This document shows, one piece after another, positions 8,699-20,448 of a stretch of 64,000 nt of DNA (the first letter of the stretch is position 1; each line of letters starts with the position of its first letter). A model generated the notes under the pieces. The model did no database searches. It saw only the letters and a program-made list of their open reading frames with translations, and was not told the origin of the DNA. The position numbers were made by a program, and so were the translations under genes. Source of the stretch: an uncultured candidate division Zixibacteria bacterium (lineage in GTDB: Bacteria; Zixibacteria; MSB-5A5; UBA10806); NCBI GenBank assembly GCA_963801605.1, contig CAWDFP010000006.1, positions 1,824,001 to 1,888,000 on the forward strand, written 5' to 3'.

Positions 8699-9757
8699 TT
8701 ACTCCGGGTCACTTGCGGGAAAACTGATAATAAATGCGGTTCCTTTCCCAATGACGCTCTCTGCTTTAATTTTGCCGTTATGGTCGTTCACTACCGCTTT
8801 GGCAGTTGCTAAGCCAAGTCCCGTGCCTTGCGTTTTAGTAGAGAAAAATGGCTCAAAGATACGGCTCAGGTTTTCTTGAGCAATGCCCGGTCCGGTGTCG
8901 CTAATCCTCGATTCAATCCAGGGACGAGATTCAATAATTGTTTGGCTGCAACTAATATCAATTTTGCCGCCATTTGGCATGGCTTGAAGCGCATTGAGGA
9001 TAATATTGAGATATAGCTCTCGAAGCTTATCGGGATCGCCTTTTATGAGGGGAACGGTTTCGGGATTGAAAGACAAATGCACGTTGTGTTCATTGCATTG
9101 AAATTTCATCTGTTTGATTACGGATTGCAGGATTTCGTTGAGATTGATCTTTTCGGATTTGGCAGGGGCCGGCCTGGCGAATGTCAAGTAATCCTTAACG
9201 ACATTATCCAGCCGATCAACTTCCTTTTCTATTATCGATGTGAACTCTTTACGGTCTTTTTCAGGCGTGGTTTTATCTCCTAAAATTTGCACGGCTCCTT
9301 TGATTGAGCCTAAGGGGTTTTTAACCTCGTGAGCAATCGAGGCAACCATTTGGCCCATGAGTGAGAGGCGCTCTGCCTGAAGGAGACGCTTTTCTGCCTC
9401 CTCTTTTTTATTTCGGCTGGAACGTTCGCTATCGAGCAGAATTCCCGCAAAACCTCCTATAGCGAAATAAAAGGCAATCTCAGCATATTCGCCATACAGG
9501 TCGGCCGGGTCGGCAATGGGTCTTATATAGATATATAGCACCGAGAAAAGGGATATAGTCAGGGCGGTTAGGAGACCTCCTCGCAAGCCGAACCAGAAGG
9601 CCGCCAGGACTATGGGGATATAGCAGAGTCGCCCGTGGATCGCGTGCATGAGATGCGAATGCCCAAAAATCCCCATAAAGAGGAGATCATAGTAATGAAA
9701 CCCCAAAGTAGCGGCAGTAATCAATACAACAATCATCAGCTTTGAGTTTTTGTTCAT
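8699..9757 (-). CDS. Membrane sensor histidine kinase (NtrB/ZraS-like core, short His-rich TM sensor)
   Basis: IAHEVKNPL H-box, NIILNALQA, DTGPGI, FEPFFSTK, GTGLGL; about 4 N-terminal TM segments. Confidence 0.92.
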   Translation of the reverse strand: MNKNSKLMIVVLITAATLGFHYYDLLFMGIFGHSHLMHAIHGRLCYIPIVLAAFWFGLRGGLLTALTISLFSVLYIYIRPIADPADLYGEYAEIAFYFAIGGFAGILLDSERSSRNKKEEAEKRLLQAERLSLMGQMVASIAHEVKNPLGSIKGAVQILGDKTTPEKDRKEFTSIIEKEVDRLDNVVKDYLTFARPAPAKSEKINLNEILQSVIKQMKFQCNEHNVHLSFNPETVPLIKGDPDKLRELYLNIILNALQAMPNGGKIDISCSQTIIESRPWIESRISDTGPGIAQENLSRIFEPFFSTKTQGTGLGLATAKAVVNDHNGKIKAESVIGKGTAFIISFPASDPE

Positions 9758-9780
9758 TGGGTATTAATGTATAGTTTTAA

Positions 9781-9818
9781 TGTATAATTGTCAACAAAAT
9801 TGTAGAATAGTCTACAAT
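9781..9818. promoter_or_regulatory. Tandem TGT-N10-ACA enhancer (UAS) sites
   Basis: TGT-ataattgtca-ACA (9781-9796) and palindrome ATTGTAGA-atag-TCTACAAT (9799-9818), 20 bp apart, ~100-130 bp upstream of the sigma54 site. Confidence 0.65.
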
Positions 9819-9872
9819 AAATATATTCAATTAAATAACCATGAACCCGATCAATAATCATAAGTCATAATG

Positions 9873-9885
9873 TATCAATAAGTTA
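9873..9885 (+). promoter_or_regulatory. IHF binding site
   Basis: TATCAATAAGTTA matches WATCAANNNNTTR; lies between UAS and -24/-12. Confidence 0.65.
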
Positions 9886-9912
9886 TATTATGATTTTTAA
9901 CCATTTGGTTTT

Positions 9913-9928
9913 TGGCATGTTGATTGCT
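9913..9928 (+). promoter_or_regulatory. Sigma54 -24/-12 promoter of the efflux operon
   Basis: TGGCATG-TTGA-TTGCT, GG-N10-GC spacing; adjacent to a GAFTGA activator gene. Confidence 0.85.
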
Positions 9929-10084
9929 TTAAAGGAAGAAAAAGGGGACTGGAAAGGGCAAATATTATACTTGCCAGAAAGAAATAAATTGGATGATGCC
10001 GATATTTATGATAGAATCCACAAAATATGTTAAATCCTTCGGAGAACGGTAGAAATGCTTAAACGGCATCGAGATGCAAAACAA

Positions 10085-11374
10085 ATGAGATATTTAATAA
10101 TAATCTTGTTATTAATGGCACCGCCGCTGATAGCTCAGGATCACGGCTTATTTGGTGATACGCTAAGCATGGAAGATGTGGTCAAATATGTGGTCAAACA
10201 TAATGACCGCGCTGCTGCCATGCGCTATATGGAAAAGGCCGAAAGTGAGAAGATCGGCCCAGCCGGCGCCTGGGATGATCCCATGCTAATGATAGGAGTA
10301 ACAGGCCTGCCGACCTCCTTAAGTTTTACCGAGGAAGATATGACCATGAAGATGATTGGCCTTAGTCAGAAGATACCATACGCCGGTCAAAGGAGATTTG
10401 AAGGCAAAGCCGCCTCATCGCAGGCCGCGGCCGCCCGAGAGAATACTCGCGAAACCGAACTTGATTTAAGTACAACAGCCCGAAATGCATATTTGAATCT
10501 ATATTACCGTCAGCAAGCGCTAAATCTCATCATCAGCCAGCGAGAGATTCAAAACGATATAGTTTCAACTGTGATCTCGAAGCTTCAGACCGATCAGGCG
10601 AGTCAGGCTGACGTTGCCGCCGCCCAGGCCGATCTCTGGCGTCTCGATGCCGATATACTGTCATCACAACAGGAAATTGACGCCTCAATAAATGATCTTT
10701 ACGCCGTTATGGGCCAGGAAAAACCGATGGGAGTTCCCAAGCTTGCCGAGCCGGACTTTAGCGCTATTCCCGCCGATTTGGATAAATGGATTGCTTCCGC
10801 CCAGGAAGATTATCCGCCTCTTAGGCGATCCCGGAATATGGCAGATAGTTATGCTTATTCTGCCTCTGCGGCGCGTAGAATGCGTTGGCCAATGCTTGAA
10901 CTGGCCGCAAGTTATGGCATCCGTCAAAATGGTGGGATTGATCCAATGACCGGTTTAACCATGCAGCGCAGAAACATGATTAGTTTTCAAGCCAATATCT
11001 CGCTTCCGATTTTCTCCGGCAGGTCGCAGGGGAAAATGGCATCATCAATGGAGGCTATGAGGCTGAGCGCCGTGGCCGAGTTGAACCAAACCTGGCGCGA
11101 TACCAAAGCCAATCTCGAAACCCTTTACTCTGGTAAGGAACGTTTGACCCAGAGCTTGAAATTATACCAGAAACGGATTATTCCGGCTGATGAGGATGCG
11201 TATCGAAGTGCCATGGTCGGATACTCAGCAAGCAGGGTGCCGTTCGTGAGTCTCTTGAATTATGCGATGAATATCTATCGTGATCGTCTGGCCGCCAATC
11301 AGATTGCTTATCAATTGGATCAAATTATGGTGCAGGCCGGGCGATATATTTCAAATCCCGATAAGTGGGAATAA
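10085..11374 (+). CDS. TolC/CusC-family outer membrane efflux protein
   Basis: Signal peptide, helical OEP repeats, QKIPYAG and ISLPIF motifs; first gene of RND operon. Confidence 0.85.
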   Translation: MRYLIIILLLMAPPLIAQDHGLFGDTLSMEDVVKYVVKHNDRAAAMRYMEKAESEKIGPAGAWDDPMLMIGVTGLPTSLSFTEEDMTMKMIGLSQKIPYAGQRRFEGKAASSQAAAARENTRETELDLSTTARNAYLNLYYRQQALNLIISQREIQNDIVSTVISKLQTDQASQADVAAAQADLWRLDADILSSQQEIDASINDLYAVMGQEKPMGVPKLAEPDFSAIPADLDKWIASAQEDYPPLRRSRNMADSYAYSASAARRMRWPMLELAASYGIRQNGGIDPMTGLTMQRRNMISFQANISLPIFSGRSQGKMASSMEAMRLSAVAELNQTWRDTKANLETLYSGKERLTQSLKLYQKRIIPADEDAYRSAMVGYSASRVPFVSLLNYAMNIYRDRLAANQIAYQLDQIMVQAGRYISNPDKWE

Positions 11375-11404
11375 TCACAATAAATTTGTAGCAAGGAGTA
11401 TTTA

Positions 11405-13357
11405 ATGTCCGAAAAAAATTATGATCCCACAGAGCATGAGCCATTGCCCGAAGGCACTGAAGCGCCTCCGCCTTTGACGCATACCATGGCTATCATACGC
11501 TGGGCGATTCTTATAGCGATGTCGCTTTTCGCGCTGGGAATGATTCTTTCGTGGATCGGCTTTGCTCCCTGGGAAGCTCATGCCGATAGCACGGTTCAAT
11601 ATCACTGCCCGATGCATCCCACCTATATCTCGAATCAGCCCGGCGAATGCCCCATCTGCGGCATGAGTCTGGTTCCGATTGATAAATCGGGCAAGGAGAT
11701 CAAAGCGACTCAAGATTCGAAATCGACTAAAGCCAAAACGCCAGATAAAATTACGAAATCAACTAAAATGGCAAATATGGTTCAATACACCTGTCCAATG
11801 CATCCTGAGGTTATTACTGATAAACCGGGAAAATGCCCCAAATGCGGAATGAATCTGGTGGCGATGACTCCGGAGAAAAAATCCCAGGCGCCAAAAGAGG
11901 CGGTAATCCAGGCCGCATTATATGTATGCCCCATGGATCCGGAGGTGACATCGGATAAACCCGGTTCTTGTTCAAAATGCGGGATGGATTTGGTAAAATC
12001 GTCCGGCTCCGATTCAACTGTTGCGCCCAGTTCGATTACCACTGGCAACAATGAAAATAAACCGGCAGAAATTATATCCGCTAAATATGTTTGCCCGATG
12101 GACCCGGAGATAACATCAGACAAGCCCGGTCGATGCTCGAAGTGCGGCATGTTCTTGAAGGCTGCCGCAACTGATACCACTAAGTCAATGCCGATGCCCA
12201 ATAGCGATCCGGAAAAAACGGGAGATATCGGGGATCAGAGCATGCCGGGAATGAATATGTCGGGTTCTAAAGAAACCAGCAGTATGGGAGAAGCGCCAGT
12301 CAACGGACTGGCGCCCGTTACCATTGAGCCCGAGCGGTTGCAGCTTATTGGTGTTAAAACCGCCATGGTCGCTCGTCGGAATTTAGGCGGCGAAATTAAT
12401 ATTGTTGGTTCCGTAACACCCGACGAAACCCGGATGAAAAATATTAATGCCAGAGTTAACGGCTGGGTACAGGATCTATATGTCGATAAGACCGGCCAAT
12501 ATGTCGAGGCCGGAAAACCGTTGCTTTCGCTCTATAGCCAGGAGCTTTACCAGGCCGAACAGGATTTTATTTTGGCACGAGATGCTGCTAAAGGGAATCC
12601 CTCTGATCCGGCGCTCACTAATATGCGAAACCAAATTTATAAAGCGGCCAAAGATCGCCTAATGTTATTGGGACTTTCCGACGATCAAATTAATGAAATC
12701 GATAACTCCGATGCTCCCAGGCAGGATTTGACCCTCACGAGTCCATTTTCCGGTTTCGTAATTGAGAAAAATGTTTTGCCCGGCCAATATCTCAGTCCCG
12801 ATCAAAATTTATTCACGATCGCTGATTTGAGTAAAGTCTGGATTATGGGCGATGTTTATGAACAGGATATCTCAAGTGTTCATGTTGGTCAGAAAGCAGT
12901 TGCGCATCTTACAGCTTTCCCCGGCGAGGAATTCGAGGGAACAATCGGCTATATTTATCCTGAGCTTTCGGAGCAAACCCATACAATGAAAGTTCGTATC
13001 GAATTTGCAAATCCGGCCAATCGCATTCGTCCCGGCATGTACGCGAATGTCAACCTTGAGAGCAGCAAAGGCGAAATGCTTTCTGTGCCCAGCGATGCTG
13101 TTCTCGATGGCGGCAAAGAGCAGTATGTATTTGTTGTTCATGATCGTATTCATTTTGAGCCGCGGCTGGTAAAGATCGGCCATACCTCGGATGATTATAT
13201 CGAGATTACAAGCGGTCTTCGTGAAGGGGAGACCGTTGTTTCAAGCGCTAATTTCCTGATCGATTCTGAAAGTCGTCTAAATGCGGCAGTGGCAGGAATG
13301 TCAACAATGCCGGATATGCCCGATATGCCCAAGACGAATCAAGGGACTTCAAAATAA
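11405..13357 (+). CDS. cusB: CusB-type RND periplasmic adaptor with four heavy-metal-binding repeats
   Basis: Four YxCPM(H/D)P...PGxCxxCGMxL repeats; [28 protein letters not shown] motifs. Confidence 0.9.
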   Translation: MSEKNYDPTEHEPLPEGTEAPPPLTHTMAIIRWAILIAMSLFALGMILSWIGFAPWEAHADSTVQYHCPMHPTYISNQPGECPICGMSLVPIDKSGKEIKATQDSKSTKAKTPDKITKSTKMANMVQYTCPMHPEVITDKPGKCPKCGMNLVAMTPEKKSQAPKEAVIQAALYVCPMDPEVTSDKPGSCSKCGMDLVKSSGSDSTVAPSSITTGNNENKPAEIISAKYVCPMDPEITSDKPGRCSKCGMFLKAAATDTTKSMPMPNSDPEKTGDIGDQSMPGMNMSGSKETSSMGEAPVNGLAPVTIEPERLQLIGVKTAMVARRNLGGEINIVGSVTPDETRMKNINARVNGWVQDLYVDKTGQYVEAGKPLLSLYSQELYQAEQDFILARDAAKGNPSDPALTNMRNQIYKAAKDRLMLLGLSDDQINEIDNSDAPRQDLTLTSPFSGFVIEKNVLPGQYLSPDQNLFTIADLSKVWIMGDVYEQDISSVHVGQKAVAHLTAFPGEEFEGTIGYIYPELSEQTHTMKVRIEFANPANRIRPGMYANVNLESSKGEMLSVPSDAVLDGGKEQYVFVVHDRIHFEPRLVKIGHTSDDYIEITSGLREGETVVSSANFLIDSESRLNAAVAGMSTMPDMPDMPKTNQGTSK

Positions 13358-13400
13358 ATATGAATCGTTTCAAACTTTGGTATAATAAAGAAAACTAATA

Positions 13401-16400
13401 ATGATAAGAGCCATAATAGATTTCTGCGCCAGAAATAAGTCTGTAGTAATTATTGCTACGCTCTTTGCCATTTTTGGAGCTTATTTTTCTATTAAGAGTA
13501 TCGCGCTCGATGCCATACCCGATCTATCAGATACGCAGGTTATAATATATACCGACTGGATGGGACGCAGTCCCGATCTGGTCGAGGACCAGGTAACTTA
13601 TCCAATCGTGACCGCTCTTCTCTCGGCGCCGCATGTTACGGCGGTTCGCGGCTATTCGATGTTTGGCATGTCGTTTGTCTATGTCATTTTCGAGGATGGC
13701 ACCGATATGTACTGGGCCAGAAGCCGCGTTCTGGAGTATATGAGCCAATTCCAGGGCAAGCTTCCGCAAGGTGTATCGCCCATCCTTGGGCCGGATGCGA
13801 CATCAATCGGTTGGGTATATCAATATGCTTTGACCGATACCACGGGCCAAAACGACCTGGCCGATATCCGGACTTTTCAGGATTTCACTCTGCGATATGC
13901 GCTTTCGTCGGTGCCAGGAGTGGCGGAGGTAGCCAGTATTGGCGGTTACCAGAAGCAGTACCAGGTTGAAGTCGATCCCGATAGGTTACGCGCCTATAAT
14001 ATATCTATCGGTGATGTCACCCGCGCCATCCGCGCCAGCAATAACGATGTGGGCGGACGGGTAATCGAGATGAGCGGTCGGGAGTATTATGTTCGCGGAC
14101 GAGGTTATATGCATGATCTCGATGCTCTTCGTCAGATAAGCCTCGGCGTTGGGGAGGGTGGCACCCCGATACTTTTAGGCAGCATTGCCAAGATTAGCTA
14201 CGGACCGGATATCAGTCGCGGCGTAGGTGAACTAGATGGTATTGGTGAGTCGGTAGGCGGTATCGTTATTATGCGTCATGGCGAAAACGCTCTTGATGTC
14301 ATCAAGCGCGTTAAAGATAAAATAGCCGAATTAAAACCGAGTTTCCCCAGCGGAATGGAACTAAAGCCTGTTTATGACCGCAGCAACCTTATAAACCGCG
14401 CTATTGATACTCTGAAACATAGCTTGATCGAAGAAGGTATTGTCGTCGCTCTCGTGATTTTTATTTTCCTGCTGCATTTCCGAAGTTCGCTGGTGCCAAT
14501 TATCGCTCTGCCTGTTTCAGTGGGGCTGGCCTTTATCCCGATGTATTTCCTTAAAATCAATTCCAATATCATGAGTCTGGGCGGAATCGCTATCGCGATA
14601 GGAGCAATGGTTGATGCCAGCATTGTACTTGTGGAAAACGCTCATAAGCGATTGGAAAAAGCGCCAGCGGGGGTAGACCGTAAAGAGGTCATCATCGCCG
14701 CCGCCAAGGAGGTTGGCCCCGCTATATTTTTCTCGCTGCTGATTATTACTGTCGGGTTTATTCCGATTTTCGCTCTCAATGGCCAGGGTGGACGGCTTTT
14801 CAAACCGTTAGCTTACACCAAAACATTCGCCATGTTTTTTGCAGCCATCGTCTCAATTACGCTGGCTCCGGCGTTGATGACACTATTGATTCGCGGCAAA
14901 ATCAAACACGAATCGGAACATCCGGTATCGAAATTTCTGATCAAGCTTTACAAACCGTTCGTCTATGTCGCTCTTAGAAACCCCAAAACTACAATCGCCA
15001 TCGGTCTCGCTGCCATTATCGCCTCCATTCCGATGATGCCCAAGATCGGCTCGGAGTTCATGCCGCCTCTAAATGAGGGCGATATCCTTTATATGCCGAC
15101 CACCTTTCCCAATATCTCGGTCGAACAGGCCAAACAGTATATGCAGTATCAGGATCGGATTATTAAGAGTTTCCCGGAGGTAATCTCAGTCTATGGCAAA
15201 GCCGGACGAGCCGAGACCCCCACCGATCCCGCGCCGCTTTCGATGCTCGAAACCGTGGTGCAGCTAAAGCCGCGTGACCAGTGGCGCAAAGTGCAGGTGG
15301 ATCGCTGGTATTCGAGTTGGGCGCCGGAATTTTTGAAATCAATGTTACATCCGCTCTGGCCGGAGGAACGAACAATTAGCTGGCAGGAGCTATTAGATAA
15401 ATTCGATAACGCCATGAAATTTCCCGGCTGGACCAACGCCTGGACTATGCCGATTAAAACTCGAATCGATATGCTTTCGACCGGTATCAGGACACCAATT
15501 GGGGTGAAGATATTCGGAACTGATCTTAATGAGATTGAAAAGATCGGGATGCAGCTTGAAAAATCGCTTTCGAAAATCCCCAGCACCCGAAGTGTTTATT
15601 CCGAACGCAATACCGGCGGGTATTTCATCGATATTATTCCCGACCGCGAGGCGATTGCCCGTTACGGCCTGACCATGAAAGATGTGCAGGATGTTATCGA
15701 AACCGCAATAGGCGGGATGCCGATTGAGGTCACTATCGAGGGGCGAAACCGCTTTACGATCAATGTGCGCTATCCACGCGATCTAAGGCAGAATATTGAG
15801 CGTCTGAAGGAAATTCCGGTACCGCTTCCGAATGTGGCCGGAAACAGCGCGCCATCATCATCGATGGAAATGGGGAGCATAATTGGCAAAGTTTCACCGA
15901 TGCTGGCCAGCACCGATCTCGATGGAATATACAACCCCTGGGGCGATGGAGTCGAGTTGGCGCAGATGAATACCATGGGTGGTGGCTCCAGCGGAGGCGA
16001 TTCGCAAAATATGCCTGGCGGCGCACCATCAGCAGGTGGTATGCAATCTTCTCAAGCGCCATCAATGGGTAAAGGTTCGGCGCCTGCTAAGAGCTTTATC
16101 CCCGAAAACAGGCCGAATATTCCTTTGGGGCAGATTGCCGATATCAAAATTGTCACCGGCCCGCCAATGATTAAAGACGAGGCCGGGATGCTGGTCGGAT
16201 ATGTCTTTGTCGATATGGATCAGGCCAAACGCGATATCGGCGGATATGTCAATGAGGCCAAGAAAGTCGTAGCCAATGAGGTGAAAATTCCGCCAGGATA
16301 TTATCTCAAATGGACCGGCCAATATGAGCTGTTGGAGCAGATGACCGCCCGCATGAAGGTCGTGGTGCCGATCACACTCATACTGATAATAATCCTGCTC

Positions 16401-16904
16401 TATTTCAATTTCCGCAATCTGACCGAGACTTTCATTGTGCTGGCATCGGTGCCGTTCGCGCTGGTGGGAAGTATCTGGCTGATGTATTTCCTCGGATACA
16501 ACTTTTCGACCGCCACCTGGGTGGGGATAATCGCCTTGGTGGGTTTGGCGACAGAAACAGGAATTGTCATGGTGTTATACCTCGATCACGCCTATGAGCG
16601 TCGCAAGAAAGCCGGACAGATGCGCAATCTCGATGATATCATCTGGGCGCACATGGAGGGCACCGTAATGCGGGTTCGCCCCAAGCTGATGACCGTGGGA
16701 ACCACCATGATCGGCCTGGTGCCGCTGCTCTGGGCGCAGGGGACAGGCGCCGATGTTATGAAGCGAATCGCCGCTCCTATGGTGGGAGGATTGATCAGCT
16801 CGACATTTTTGACGCTTGAAATTATTCCGGTGGTATACACATACTGGCGCTATTGGCAAATTAAGCATGAGAAAGCGCCAATTGAACCGAACAAAGCCAT
16901 ATAA
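13401..16904 (+). CDS. cusA: CusA/CzcA-family heavy-metal RND efflux pump
   Basis: LDAIPDLSDTQV, DQVTYP, GPDATSIGW, SLGGIAIAIGAMVDA, EFMPPLNEG, RVRPKLMT. Confidence 0.95.
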   Translation: MIRAIIDFCARNKSVVIIATLFAIFGAYFSIKSIALDAIPDLSDTQVIIYTDWMGRSPDLVEDQVTYPIVTALLSAPHVTAVRGYSMFGMSFVYVIFEDGTDMYWARSRVLEYMSQFQGKLPQGVSPILGPDATSIGWVYQYALTDTTGQNDLADIRTFQDFTLRYALSSVPGVAEVASIGGYQKQYQVEVDPDRLRAYNISIGDVTRAIRASNNDVGGRVIEMSGREYYVRGRGYMHDLDALRQISLGVGEGGTPILLGSIAKISYGPDISRGVGELDGIGESVGGIVIMRHGENALDVIKRVKDKIAELKPSFPSGMELKPVYDRSNLINRAIDTLKHSLIEEGIVVALVIFIFLLHFRSSLVPIIALPVSVGLAFIPMYFLKINSNIMSLGGIAIAIGAMVDASIVLVENAHKRLEKAPAGVDRKEVIIAAAKEVGPAIFFSLLIITVGFIPIFALNGQGGRLFKPLAYTKTFAMFFAAIVSITLAPALMTLLIRGKIKHESEHPVSKFLIKLYKPFVYVALRNPKTTIAIGLAAIIASIPMMPKIGSEFMPPLNEGDILYMPTTFPNISVEQAKQYMQYQDRIIKSFPEVISVYGKAGRAETPTDPAPLSMLETVVQLKPRDQWRKVQVDRWYSSWAPEFLKSMLHPLWPEERTISWQELLDKFDNAMKFPGWTNAWTMPIKTRIDMLSTGIRTPIGVKIFGTDLNEIEKIGMQLEKSLSKIPSTRSVYSERNTGGYFIDIIPDREAIARYGLTMKDVQDVIETAIGGMPIEVTIEGRNRFTINVRYPRDLRQNIERLKEIPVPLPNVAGNSAPSSSMEMGSIIGKVSPMLASTDLDGIYNPWGDGVELAQMNTMGGGSSGGDSQNMPGGAPSAGGMQSSQAPSMGKGSAPAKSFIPENRPNIPLGQIADIKIVTGPPMIKDEAGMLVGYVFVDMDQAKRDIGGYVNEAKKVVANEVKIPPGYYLKWTGQYELLEQMTARMKVVVPITLILIIILLYFNFRNLTETFIVLASVPFALVGSIWLMYFLGYNFSTATWVGIIALVGLATETGIVMVLYLDHAYERRKKAGQMRNLDDIIWAHMEGTVMRVRPKLMTVGTTMIGLVPLLWAQGTGADVMKRIAAPMVGGLISSTFLTLEIIPVVYTYWRYWQIKHEKAPIEPNKAI

Positions 16905-16964
16905 CATTCGTAGTAATTACTAGATGTAACAGCAACATCGGTTGGGATACCGGGGTTGCATTGA

Positions 16965-16997
16965 AGGGGCTTGAGGTTGGTATGAACTCAAGCCCCT
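16965..16997. terminator. Hairpin between convergent cusA and secA
   Basis: Perfect 11-bp stem AGGGGCTTGAG/CTCAAGCCCCT followed by T-rich sequence. Confidence 0.65.
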
Positions 16998-17030
16998 GAT
17001 TATTTTTATTGTAGATCAAGACTCTTTGAA

Positions 17031-20135
<3,105 letters not shown>

Positions 20136-20339
20136 AATTCGTCCCTTTTCTACTCTTAAGTATAATCCGCTTTATCGGACATACGAATAAAGCAGTATAT
20201 GGAGTAATATAATCTCGTTCAAGCAAAAAGTTTCAGGGGGAGTTTCAGTGGAGAGGGGGCGTAAGTTAGCCAATATCGCCCACTGTGATTGATGCCCATT
20301 GCCGCGCACTGATCACCGTACAGCAAAGCACAGCACACA

Positions 20340-20388
20340 ACTTATAACTATTTACTCAGCACTCAGTCCTCATTCCTCAGTCCTAATA
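20340..20388. repeat. Degenerate heptamer tandem repeat
   Basis: acttata-actattt-actcagc-actcagt-cctcatt-cctcagt-cctaata. Confidence 0.5.
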
Positions 20389-20422
20389 AAAAAGCCCCGG
20401 TGGCTCCCTGCCAACGAGGCTT
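20388..20422 (-). terminator. Intrinsic terminator of the kinase gene
   Basis: Minus strand AAGCCTCGTTGGC-aggga-GCCACCGGGGCTT followed by a T-run. Confidence 0.7.
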
Positions 20423-20448
20423 CCATGCAATGTCTCAAGAGAGAGACG

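Noticed and set aside
9994..10052. 19-aa leader ORF before the TolC-family gene
   Set aside because: No RBS or informative composition; likely chance
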